Shown here: positions 37,945 through 49,417 of the stretch, piece by piece
Position numbering within the stretch: the stretch's first letter is position 1
Layout: every line of letters begins with the position of its first letter
From: Entomortierella parvispora E1425
Taxonomy: Eukaryota; Fungi; Mortierellomycota
Assembly (NCBI GenBank): GCA_020891255.1
Contig: BQFW01000015.1
Coordinates: 2,418,001-2,482,000 of the forward strand
Reading direction: 5' to 3'
Length of the DNA stretch: 64,000 bases
The notes under the pieces: model-generated
What the model saw: the letters and a program-made list of their open reading frames with translations, nothing else
Database searches by the model: none
Told to the model about the DNA's origin: nothing
Position numbers and translations under genes: made by a program

Positions 37945-39986
37945 TTACAGTCCACGGGAAGCGTTGAAGTTCTTGGTGATAGCCTCCATGAACTCGCTGG
38001 TGGTTGCGTAGTGCTTACGCTCCAAGTTGGCACCATGGATGGCCAATGCGAGATCCTTGGTCATGATACCGGAGACATCAACCGTGTCCACGCAGGCCTT
38101 CTCCAAGTCGAGCGAGAACTTGAGCAAGGCCTCATTCTGATCCAAACGTGCACGATGGGCCAATCCGCGAGTCCAGGCAAAGATCGAGGCGATAGGGTTG
38201 GTGGAAGTCTCGCGACCTTTCTGGTGCTCACGGAAATGGCGAGTCACGGTACCATGAGCCGCCTCAGACTCCAAAGTCTTGCCATCGGGGGTCACAAGGA
38301 CCGAGGTCATCAAGCCCAAAGATCCGAAGCCCTGGGCCAAAATATCAGACTGGACATCACCATCGTAGTTCTTGCAGGCCCAGACAAATCCTCCCGAGGA
38401 CTTGAGTCCCTGCGCCACCATGTCGTCAATCAAGCGGTGCTCGTACCAGATCTTCTTGTCCTCAAACTCCTTTTTGTAATCCCTGTGGAATATGGACTCT
38501 TAATTAGTTCCTAATACCTCGAGTTGCACAACGAATGTAACATGGGGATAATCGAAAGAGTCACTGCATCAAAACGAGTCTTACTTCTGGTAAATATCCT
38601 CGAAGATATCCTTGAAACGACCATCATACTTCTTCAAGATTGTGTTCTTTGTGCTGAGGTACAATGGCATGTTTTTCGTAAGGGCCATCTTGAAGCAGCT
38701 GTGGGCAAACCCTGTGATGGACTGAGAGTCAGTAGAAATGATAAGTCATGGTCAGCAAAAGATCCTATTCTGTGCAGTTTTTTATCACCGAAATAAAAAA
38801 GGACGGGATCCGCGTCTGCACTTACAGCATCAGTGTTGTACATGGCCATGCCGACACCAGCGCCTTCATAGTCGTAAACAACCCACTTCTTGGTCTCGCC
38901 TCCGTTCTTGGGTGTAAAGGACATCTCGAAACGACCAGGTCCCTCCGCAATAAAGTCAGTAGCCTTGTACTATGATTGTCAACCAAATGAAGACATCGGG
39001 GGAGCGTTGGTTTAGTAAAATAAAAATCTTTCAAGGCACTTGCAAAAAAAAAAAAAAAAAAAAAAACCGTTCCTCTTTTTACCTGATCTCCGAAAGCGTG
39101 ACGACCAATGATGATGGGCTTGGTCCAACCAGGCACAATCTTTGGTACGCTCTTAAGCAGGATGGGCTCCCTGAAGACCGTTCCGTTGAGAATGTTGCGA
39201 ATGGTGCCGTTGGGAGACTTGTACATCTCCGACAGGTTGTATTCCTTGACACGCTGCTCATCTGGGGTAATGGTTGCACACTTAATTCCCACGTTGTACT
39301 TCAGGATGGCCTGCGCAGCATCGATAGTCACTTGGTCCTTGGTCTACAAAGATCAGGAAAGCGTCAGATTATACGTTATCAGTTCCATACGTTGCGGAAG
39401 GGACCTTCTCTCCTCTCCCCTCTCTCCTCGTTCTGATGGTGGTCCAAGTTTGGTTGCCCTGATCGATGAGTAGAGACAGTTGGCTGTTGAAAGTACCTGC
39501 TCACGATGATCCATGCCAAGGTCATAGTACTTAATATCGAGGTTGACGTGAGGCAAAATAAGCTAAAGGAAGAACAAAAGGTGCAAAAGAGTTAGATCGG
39601 GTTCTTGTCAAAAGCTTGATCGATATCAAAAAGATCGAAAAATGCGGGGTACGAAGAGCAGGCGCGTGTTCTGTCGTCATGGTTACCTTCTCCTTGATGG
39701 ACTGCCAAATGATGCGAGTCATTTCATCGCCATCGAGATCGACGACGGGGTTAGCAACCTGGATGCGAGAGTCCTTTGTGTCTAAAAGATGGACGGCATG
39801 AACAAGGGGAATGGAGCAAGATTTAGCCATTGCACCAGACTGATTGAGCTGGTTCCTGGGAATCAGGTGGATGCATTCAGGGGATCACTTGCAGGCGCGG
39901 GTGGCGTGGGCGTTGGCGGAGGCGAGGGTGGCAGTCCTGGCGAGGCCAGGGAAGGCGCGGCGGGCAGAGGAGGCGAGCAAGGACAT
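37945..39986 (-). CDS. IDP1: NADP-dependent isocitrate dehydrogenase with mitochondrial presequence (multi-exon)
   Basis: Arg-rich presequence [98 protein letters not shown]. Confidence 0.97.
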
Positions 39987-40773
39987 GGCTGGATGGGAGT
40001 GTGAGTGAAGAGGAGGAGAGAGGAGAAGAAGAGAGAGAGGAAGGAGGCAAGGAAGAAGAGAAAAGTGATCCTTTGTGCTTCTGCAGCGTGCAGCGTGCAG
40101 CGTGCAGAGGGAGATCGAAACAATCAAACTCTGTTTGGAATGAGTAATTCCATGTCTTTTCTGTCTTTTCTGTCTTTGCGCCAACGGCTGCCCAAAAGAG
40201 TCCTGAGTCTTTATCTCTGTTCTCTGTCGCCGTTCCCTTTCAAAGTCTGCTCTCTGTAGTCTGTCGTCCGTGTGCCCATCCCCCCCCCCCCCGTTGCACA
40301 CACTCACACTTGGGCACTTGTCCTCTCACACGGCTGCTGCTCTCGGTGGCTGTTTGTTGTTTTTCGCTCGCCCGGTGATGCGGATCGACTGCACAAAGAT
40401 AAGATCACAGCACCTTGATCTTATCCATCTCTGGCTCTCGTCCTCCCTTTCCCTCCCTCGCTCGCCCAACCCTCTCTCCACATCGTCTTCACCCACAATG
40501 GATCTGTCTATTCAACCACCAGCTCCTTCCTTCTTCTGGTTCGTGTCTCTGCTCCTGCTCCGTCCGTTTCCGGCTTCTCCGGCCTCTCCCTCTTCCACCT
40601 TCTTTCACCCCTCGCTCTGTGTTCAAGTACGTTCGGCCTTTAATCTCTGGTGATACTATCTGGTTTATTTGTTTCGCGAGTTGCACCATAGCTTCTCCTT
40701 CGTGCTCGACTTTGAATTACACTCTAAAAAGTGCCCAATTCTCTTCCCCTCGCCGATCGCTCCGGTCCATTTC

Positions 40774-43584
40774 CTACATGAACCACATGACCTTCATCAA
40801 CTCCGGCTTGATAGTCTGATAAGAGCTCGTCTCGCTAGCGCCAGACTCGGACGAGACCGTGTCACTAAAGCGGTCCCCCCTGGAATGGAACCGGGCTCGC
40901 GCCGCCACAATGTGAGCATAGTAAGCCGGGGGCACCACAGAAACCGTGCGCGTGCAGCGTGCAAACAAGTGACACAGTCTGTAGGTCAATTCCTGGATCT
41001 GATCCGCTTCAAACTTGTTGTCGTCGTGCAAAACATAGTAGTGCGCCGGTCGCGACGTGCCCAGCAATCCACCGTGACTCTGCAGGTAAAAGTCGTGCTC
41101 AAAGGGATGCACAATTTCGGTGTCGATGACTGTCCCGGGCAAGCAATTGCCCAGCTTGTCACCTTCCTCTCGCCGGTTAGGGAAGAACCGAGTATGGTGT
41201 CGCTTCTGGACAATTACAAAAGTCAATGGCGGGTTGTAGTTCGCATCGAGTCGACGGCAAGCGGACTTCAGCGCAGCGACCTCAGACTTGAGAACGTCTG
41301 CAAACTGACCCTCGGAAACGCCATCACGGTAGAACAGGATGCGCTCAGGCTTTTGACCGGTGCTGTGGAAAAAGCTCTTCAAGAGTTCCACAGCCATATC
41401 GCCCAGATCTGCAATGGCCTCTGTTCGAGCCGTTTGGACTCGGACAGTTGCGGCATACCGCGCGGCGAATCTGTCCATGGAACCAACAACGCTCGCAATC
41501 GAAGGACGTTGCGTATCGCCTGGCTGTGGATGAGAGACATCCCCTCCCAAGATGATGGTAGGGCGCGATGTGATGAACGGCATCATAGTCGAGCCCAGAT
41601 GCTGGTTCGTCCCTCCCAACTTGACATTCAACTTGAGGCAGACGTTTGCACAGTACTGGATCTTGGGGGTTCGAGTGTGCTTGATTTGGATGCACTGGCT
41701 CGAGACTCCGAGAATGGTGTCGGTGACGCGCTTGATCTCCGCGTACAGTGGGACGCCAGTGTTTGGCAAGACACAGACTAGGAGCTGAGGTTGAGACTTG
41801 ACAGCATTTCCGGCTTGGATCCAAATCTGCTTGAGGGAGTTTTCAATGTTTCCCTGTGGGCTCATGTAGGCGATCGGCGGGTTCTTGTTGACAATGACCA
41901 TGCCGGTAGCGGTACAGGTATCTACAAGTTGACGGATAAAGCCATTGATCTGCGGGGCAGGTGCATCGCGTTCACTGGCAAAGACGACAACACCCCAGGA
42001 ACCCAAGGTTGCACCTTGAAAGACCTTCTTGTCACGGAGGTTCCAGGCACCGTCGCGGGGGACAAAGCTGCTCTCGCGCGTGGAAGAAGAGTACACCACG
42101 GTGGGGGCTGCAAGGACGCGTGCCTTGATGCAAATCATTTCGCTCGAAACCTTCATACCAAAGTCCTTGAGGAATTCATTGCCTTCGAAGTTGAGAATGC
42201 GGAGACCATCTTTGATGTTGTTGGCCCGAGCATTCGGCGGCTGGCATGTGAATGTGATCATGTCGGCCGTCTGGCGCTCGTCTAGTTTCTTCATGTAGCG
42301 CTGGCCTTGGATCACAGTGCAAACTTCGAGAGGGAGTATGACAAACTTGCCGACCACGATGCAAGGCAGCATGGGGAACTTCAGCACCATGTTGTACGTG
42401 TCCTTGAAGTAAGTGACAATGTCCATCTCGACCTCCTTGGATTGAGGATCGTCCTTGTCGAGTCGGGAGGTGAAACGAGTATCACTGGCTGCCTTGTCGG
42501 TAATTCCAAAAATCTTGAACGATCTTGACGAACGCTCTCGATGGGTCACTGTGATGCGGAGGCCTTTGATGAGCTTCTCAACCTTTTTCCAGTTAAGAGG
42601 TGATGTGGAGCGTCGCAAGTCGTCGGGGGTCTTCAAGTTGAGGATCTTGGCGACCATTTCGACTAGATTGCCAGACTGGAAGAACGCCGTGGCAGAGACG
42701 TCCACGTTGATCATCATCTTGCCTAGTTTCAAAAATACAACACCATGGGAAAAAAAATGGTTCAGTTAGCCATTCGAAAGGCGTGTTCTTGTTTGAACGT
42801 GTGTATGAGCTGCAGGCTACTCACCGGCAGCAGGACGCACAGACTGGTAGTAACCACGCCATGCATCCAAGGGCCCGGCTAAAGGCTGCTTTCCCGCGGG
42901 TGTGTAGAAGGATCGGCCGATGGTGGCATAGAGCATGGCGGGTGCATGATGGATCAAGACGTCCAGCGCCATGATGGCAGTGAGGCAGTTGTTGGTCTGA
43001 GCCGATTTGCCCTGGAGAAAGAGATGGAGCTCTTCCAAGTTGATGGTCGCGACTTTTTTGACCTTCAGCGTGAACTTTGGCGGAGGTCTCTTTGAGTGTT
43101 GCTGAATGTCGCTTGTGAGAGTGATCTAGTGAGGAAAGAGCGGTGGTATCTTGTTAGCGGAGGTTCTTCCCGCTGCCGGCTTGTTTCGTCTTTCGCATTC
43201 GATACACACACATGGACAGGCGCTAACAATAAAATAATTCCTAAACTGAGTGGCGAAGGCCCTCTCCTCACTTACCTCAAATGTTCGACTCTCAAAGGGA
43301 AACTCCTTTGGAGAGAACAAGTTCTTTCGGCCATCATAGACTGGTCGAGAGTTGGCCAAGTCCGAGACTTTGAAAGTGGTGATAAACTGATCAAATACCT
43401 TGCGATTGACAGGCGGGGGCACATCTGGAGTCACCGTCACATCGTAGTGAGTGATTCGAATGTTGGGGAGTTGCTGGATCTCAACGTAGTTTGAGCGAAC
43501 TTGGATGGCTTTGCCGAGTCTGCCAACGCCAGGGCGTCTGGGCAGCAGCGTGATGACGGGACCCGAGGAGGCAGAGGCGGACAT
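40774..43584 (-). CDS. AGO1: Argonaute (RNAi; ArgoN-L1-PAZ-L2-MID-PIWI)
   Basis: RRPGVGRLGKAIQVRSNY, VYDGRKNLFS, PAZ LPLEVC, PIWI LGGDVSHP, RTE, FYRDGVSEGQF, VQKRHHTRFF, FYLQSHGGLLGTSRPAHY, PPAYYAHIVAARAR. Confidence 0.97.
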
Positions 43585-44145
43585 CTACTGATCAACGGGC
43601 ATCAAACGGTCAGATGGATATGCAATCGAGAGATATTTCTTCATTCAACTGCCTTTTTCTTTTGAGTTCAAAAGGCACTCAAATGAAATCGATGCCTTTA
43701 AGTCAAAAGTGAGGGGAGGGGTCGAGATAAGCCCAAGCTGAGGGATTCTTCGGTACAGAAAACAGCAGGCAAAGGAGGGTTTTGGTGGACTTTTCTGTAC
43801 CTTGGAAAAGGCGGTATCCGTGGGGTTGTAAGAGCTGAATGTATTGTGTATTGTTAGTTTGCCAGAGGAGCAATGAGAAGGCAGATGTACTGTACAAGAA
43901 TCAGGAAAATGAACAGACAAGAGAATTCAGAGGCGATCGAGAAGAAAAAAAAAAAGGAACAATGGAAGGTGTGGGTGTCTTTTTATATCTAATTTCGTAG
44001 ACTCACCCCTTCTGGGACAGACAGCAGAAGGCGGGAACTAGAGGCTGTTTGTGGAAACATCCGGCTTTCAGCACCAAATGCGGTGGTCAAACAGGGACTG
44101 GCTTTCATAATGGACGATGAACCTCTTTCATGGAACGTCGTTCGA

Positions 44146-44700
44146 TTATCTCCCCCCAAAAAATGATGACAACAAAGCGCGCCTCATTGTTGAAGATGAA
44201 TGCGTTAAGTCCATAGAGGTATGAGTAATGAAGTATATAAATGATGAATCCCAAGACCAATTCAACCCTTGGCTGGTTCCAGGTGTCAGGATGCACCTGT
44301 AGGTTCCCAAAGATGCACAATTGGTCTCGGATCCACACTTTTCTTCAACTGCTTGCAAATTAAAAAAAAAGAGAGAGGCTTCCGCTGCAGCCTCACCATG
44401 AGTTTCGATCATCTTGAGCTTGGCCTGCTCAAACTTGGACCAATCTACATCCTTGGCACTGAAAACAGTCAAAGCGACAATCTCTGCAATGTCATTCAGC
44501 TGCGGAAGTTTGCTGGTGAGGGCTTCGTTAGGAACCTCTTGACTAGCGAGTATCTCGATGCCTCTGGATGAGATTTGTCGTACAAGATTTGGTGCAAGGA
44601 CTTGCACTTGAGGGTCATTTACGAAGTCTTTGAGTCCTTGACCAGCCAGTACCGAGTACGCCAACAAGGCAGCAACGGAAAGTCGTAGCACAAACTTCGT
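44146..44700 (-). other. Putative secreted protein ORF whose expected ATG is ACG (non-AUG start or start-loss pseudogene)
   Basis: ACG-AAG-TTT-GTG at 44700 reads (M)KFVLRLSVAALLAYSVLAG, a textbook signal peptide. Open frame continues to 44146. Possible in-frame 48-nt intron 44349-44396. The 3' end is uncertain. Confidence 0.5.
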
Positions 44701-45530
44701 AACAAGAGAGGAGAGAGGATGAAGGACAAAGGACAAACACGACGTAGGAAATAAAGTATTCAATAGAGCGAGAAAAGGGCTGCCTTTCTCAGTGAAGCTG
44801 GGAATGCGTGAAGGAGCAGCCGATAAAAAGGGGACGAAGTAAGGAAGGATACAAAAGAGGAAGGAGAGTCGAGTGTTGGTTTTGGTCTGCCATCAATGCT
44901 ATGGATCTGGCAACAATCTCCCGCCTCTCACTCATCATCCGTCCCCCATCCTCTGCCGAAGATACGTTCAAGATCTTGTCCGGTTGATTGGGGTAGAGCT
45001 CAAGCAATTTATTTCAATAGTTCACGAAGCAATGCTCTAATCGACATGTGGGTTCATTTGGTTAATCAACGCATGACGATGCGAATAATCGACGGAGAAT
45101 CACACGACACCACCCATTCTCGCAATCCAGTCGAATGGAGGTCGGATGAAGCACTGGTTCTGCAACAAAATAGTTGTCATTGCGTGGACAATTAACAGAT
45201 CCTCGAATGAGCACATTTCACAATAGCCAATGAACAGCACTAGAAGATTCGAGCACAACTGGGTCCTCCAGTATGGTTATACTACTTTTGTTGAAGTGAA
45301 GCATGAATGCTACAGGGAGAAGAAGTTGATGGAGAGACAGGAGACGCGAGAAGACGCGAGAAGATTTGAGTCCGCACGCCCAAAGAGGGGACAGGACACG
45401 TGCCCCTCCTTTCTCAGGGCGACTCAGGTTTCATACATCTTTTCTTGGCGCTTTTTTCAGAAGGCGATGCTTTTCCATTGCACTCATTCTTGACGCAGGC
45501 AATCCCACTATCAGCACTCTCCCTTCCATA

Positions 45531-48496
45531 ATGACCGACAAACGAAAGCTCTTTTGCGTTTACGATGGAAGCCCTCCTTCGAGGTCATTCGAAATCAACA
45601 AGATTGAGGCAGATGTCAGCTCTTCAAGACTCGCTCAGGAGATCTTGCAAATGTCAAACAAACCCTTCGACCCCTCGAATGTCCCTACGCTTTCGAGCGT
45701 GGACCTCAGCTTGGCCGATATGGACACCAACATCAATATCAATTCTTATATCGGCGACAAAGAGATGCTCGATCCGAGAAAAAGTCTTTCTACACTTTCG
45801 CGAAACGGTGTTACATATATCATAATCCAGTTGTCGTCACCAGGTTCGATCCAGAATCAAAAAATGTGTTGATCATTAATTTGGACTTCTTAATAATACT
45901 CCTCTCTAGGCGCCTCTTTGGTTGGTACACCTTCGCCCGCGAACGTGTCTGGTAAGATTATGTTGATGAACGGCGGTTGACTTTCCAGTTATATGTTGCA
46001 TATCATATACTAACTTTTTCAAACAGTGGCATTGGCCAGGATAGTGGATGATTTCTTCGCGTCTGATTCGGACCAAGTCACCTTCCTGAAAGAGTTCGTA
46101 CAAGGCAGCAAAGACTTGCCTGTCACTAGAGGGGGTGTTCCAGGTCTTCCTTGTGTTCGAAGACGTGGATTTGGAAGGGTCCGGACTGCCCCGTCGATGC
46201 TTTTTTTGATCTTCCTTCTCCAGATGACTCTGACGATTCGCAAAAGATGGGACGAGCCGAGGAGTTTCTCTCCAAATACGAGAAGCAGTATTTACCACTC
46301 TTTGGTGTTTCTGGTAACGGTTTTGTGCCTGATTGTGCGATGAAGAACGACCAGCAATCATATTGACCATTACTGAATACACTCGTTATTTCTTATTAGG
46401 CTGTGGCAAAACGCGAACGGCTATAAACCTTCTGTCAAAGTCATGGGGACTCTATTTCAATGCTGGCGAAGAGGACTTGGGATCAGGCGACATGACGTCT
46501 GCTCTCGAAGTAATATCGTCATACCCGCACATTTACCTAACGCCTACCAAAACAAAAAATACCGACAACACAACTCATCTAGTCTACTGCCTACTCTACG
46601 TCAAGCTGTCAATCCTGGAGTACTGCCTGAATATCGTTGGAAGCAAAGACACCTTTACATGCAAGAGATGGATGCTTCTTCAGGTTGCCACCCCTGTTTT
46701 CAGAGATGTTTTCCTGGAGCTCTTTGTACGTATCCATATGGAATTTAATGTTGTCCATGCGGCAACTGGTGCCATAGACATGGTGCAATCCCGATTCCGC
46801 ACCGTGAAGGCACTTTTCTCGGATCGATTGCCTCCTCGTTCATCTCACAACAAGCTTCTTGTCATCTTAGACGAGTCACAAACTCTAGGGAGGCGCCACG
46901 AGGCCATGTTTCTGGACTCTGACCGCATTACGCCTCGGCCTGTCTTAGCCCCTGTGCTCTTTGCATTCCGACGACTCTCAATCCGTGAAGAAGAGATCTG
47001 TATCATAACCAGCAGTACTGGCTTGAGCTCATTCGAACTTGATTGCGTTGGGGGGTCGGCATCCGGCTTCAAGCTTTCTGCCCGTGAATATGAGGTCGAA
47101 CCGCTATCGAGCATGGTGATCGAATTTGATGGATGGACGAATTTCGGATTGGTTGCGGCGTACTTACAGCGAATTGGCGATAGCTTGAGCGTGGAAGCAA
47201 GGGCACGGTTGCAGGAATTGATTCCACTAGGTGCCATACGGATGCTTTATCGCGATTTTGCGGGGCCGCTTTCGACCAATCGTTGTTGCCATTGAGGACA
47301 TTATTGAACGGGACGAACTTGATTCTTGGCGGCAGTGTATCGAGTTACGCCAATATCGCTTGACAACTGCAATGATACTTAAGACCTCCCAAAATAAGAA
47401 GGCTCTTGAGGGTAACCTTTGTGGTGAACTTCGCCGCATGTTTGATCGTGCGAACAGGCTGATCAACACTGAAGAAAGCAAGGAGGCTCTTAACGATCTG
47501 AAAATGGTCAAAGAAAATCTCAAGACTGCCATGGCAACTTTTATAACTCAAGGAGGTTGCACGGCCTTCTCAGGCAAGCTACCTAAACTGGTAGAGTCAT
47601 CGTTCGGTCGGATCAGAACCATTGACGGCGTTTACGAGACAGTGATCGACGAGCCGTTTGCATTTAAGGCGGCAGACAACTACTTTCAATCGGAAGATCC
47701 AGAGTATGCAACTCATCGAAGGAATTTGATGTATGGCAGCCCTACAGAGCAGATACGCGGGAAGCTATGGGAATTCAGCATTTCGTACGAGATGGTCCGC
47801 TTGTTTGAAGACCGCATTGTCCCGCGACTGCTCTTCCGCGATGACGTGGTCCCTCACAATATGATGCACTTGGTTTCCTCTATCATGGGCTGCACCGGTC
47901 AAATGCGGACCACGAAGGAAGAGGAGATTCCCTTGGCTGAATTTCTGAATGCGCACATCAACAACAACTCTCAGCGCAATGGCGAGGCTGTGCCTCCGTT
48001 CATCTTCCCGCGTGAACACGATCCAGGTCCAGACCTCGCTTTTGTTATTCAATTCGGCGACTGTGACACACCATCCCAGTACGTCTGCCCAGTATTTGTA
48101 CAGTTGAAACTCGAACAGGATCTCTACGGCAAAACGAGGCAGGATGCATGCAGTACGGTCCAACCGGAAAAGATCAAAGGAAGACATAACGTTGATATCC
48201 GCCAGTTTTGTGGAGAGCATGGACACTACATCAGCATCACTGTGGCCTTTCCTGCAACGATTTCCCAGTTTTTCAAAGACAAGCCTGTTCTAGAATATCA
48301 TCCCGACTTCGGTGTCACACAGATCGCGCTGGTCATCGACCACAGCAACATCTGCCTCTTCGACGAGAAGCATGTAAGTGCTGTAAGGTACATGAAACGA
48401 TGCGCAGATGAAATGTCTAAGGATGAGGAAGAGAAGGAGAAGGAGAAGGAGGAGCGGGTGGTGGTGAACGCTGCCAAACGACGCCGCTCTCAATAG
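45531..48496 (+). pseudogene. Crinkler (CRN) effector-like gene: Ub-like header + P-loop NTPase + PD-(D/E)xK nuclease, with two frameshifts
   Basis: Header MTDKRKLFCVYDG...YIIIQ. Walker A FGVSG|CGKT across intron 46314-46399. Walker B VILDESQ. REase-like GPDLAFV...VFVQLK. Frame changes at T-runs 46201-46207 and 47256-47259. Confidence 0.75.
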
Positions 48497-49417
48497 TCGC
48501 CAGGGAAGAGAGATTTCTGCTGTGCAATCAACCTTTGAAACGTCAACTCTTTATTCAAGATCTCCTCTTCAAACTTGTGCGTGTTTCTGAAAGATCCTCA
48601 AAGTAACGCCACTTTATCTTTGAGTTGAAATAAAAGTTGTTTCTTGAGAATGGTTCAAGTGTTTTCATGTAGTTCTGGGGCAGCGAGAGCACAACTTTAC
48701 TGTATCTTTGGGAAACCAAGGAAGGACGACATTAGATCGTTTACCCTAAGAAAGTAGACGGATGGATGGGCGATCTCAGGTGTGGAAAAAGAACATTCGC
48801 TCGGGGGAGGGAAGAATAACACCTTCCTATCAGACATGTTCCACCATGGCGTGAAAAGGACTTCTAGATCCACCTCCACCACCTCTTCTCCACCTGCCAA
48901 GTTCAGAAACGCCCCTCTGCCCTCTCTGTCTTGCACCAGCAACTGAAAGCTCTCTTTCAACTGGAAAACCAAACTGATCCAGAGCTTCTCCTGCAGCTCA
49001 AAGCCTCTTGAACTTGACAGGACTTGGAAGTGGGCACTAGAAGACCGATATCGTGAACCGATTTAAAGGTGGCGCCATGGATGCATGGATGAGCGTTCTC
49101 AATTGATTGGTCGGACCACGATCCCAGTGTGATTGTTCTGGGGGATCTAAAGGGCGAGGGGAGTCCTGGGTGCCCAGGCGCTGCTCTAGGGACTTTTTTA
49201 TTTCGAGAATGGACTGTGCCTGACCGCCCTCCAGATCTGAACGATCCCCACAGCACTCCGAAAAGAAATCCCCTCCGAAAAGAAATTTGTGTTTATGCAG
49301 GTTGCGCTTGAGCACGGCACTGACCGTTGCGCGCATCCCCTCGGAACAGGGAAACACTCTTCTGCACCAGATCCTTTCGTCTCTCTGTCTCCATCCCATC
49401 TCTCGACCTGATCCATA

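Noticed and set aside
40669-42285. 370 aa and 164 aa plus-strand ORFs
   Set aside because: Antisense shadows of the Argonaute coding exon with no recognisable motifs.
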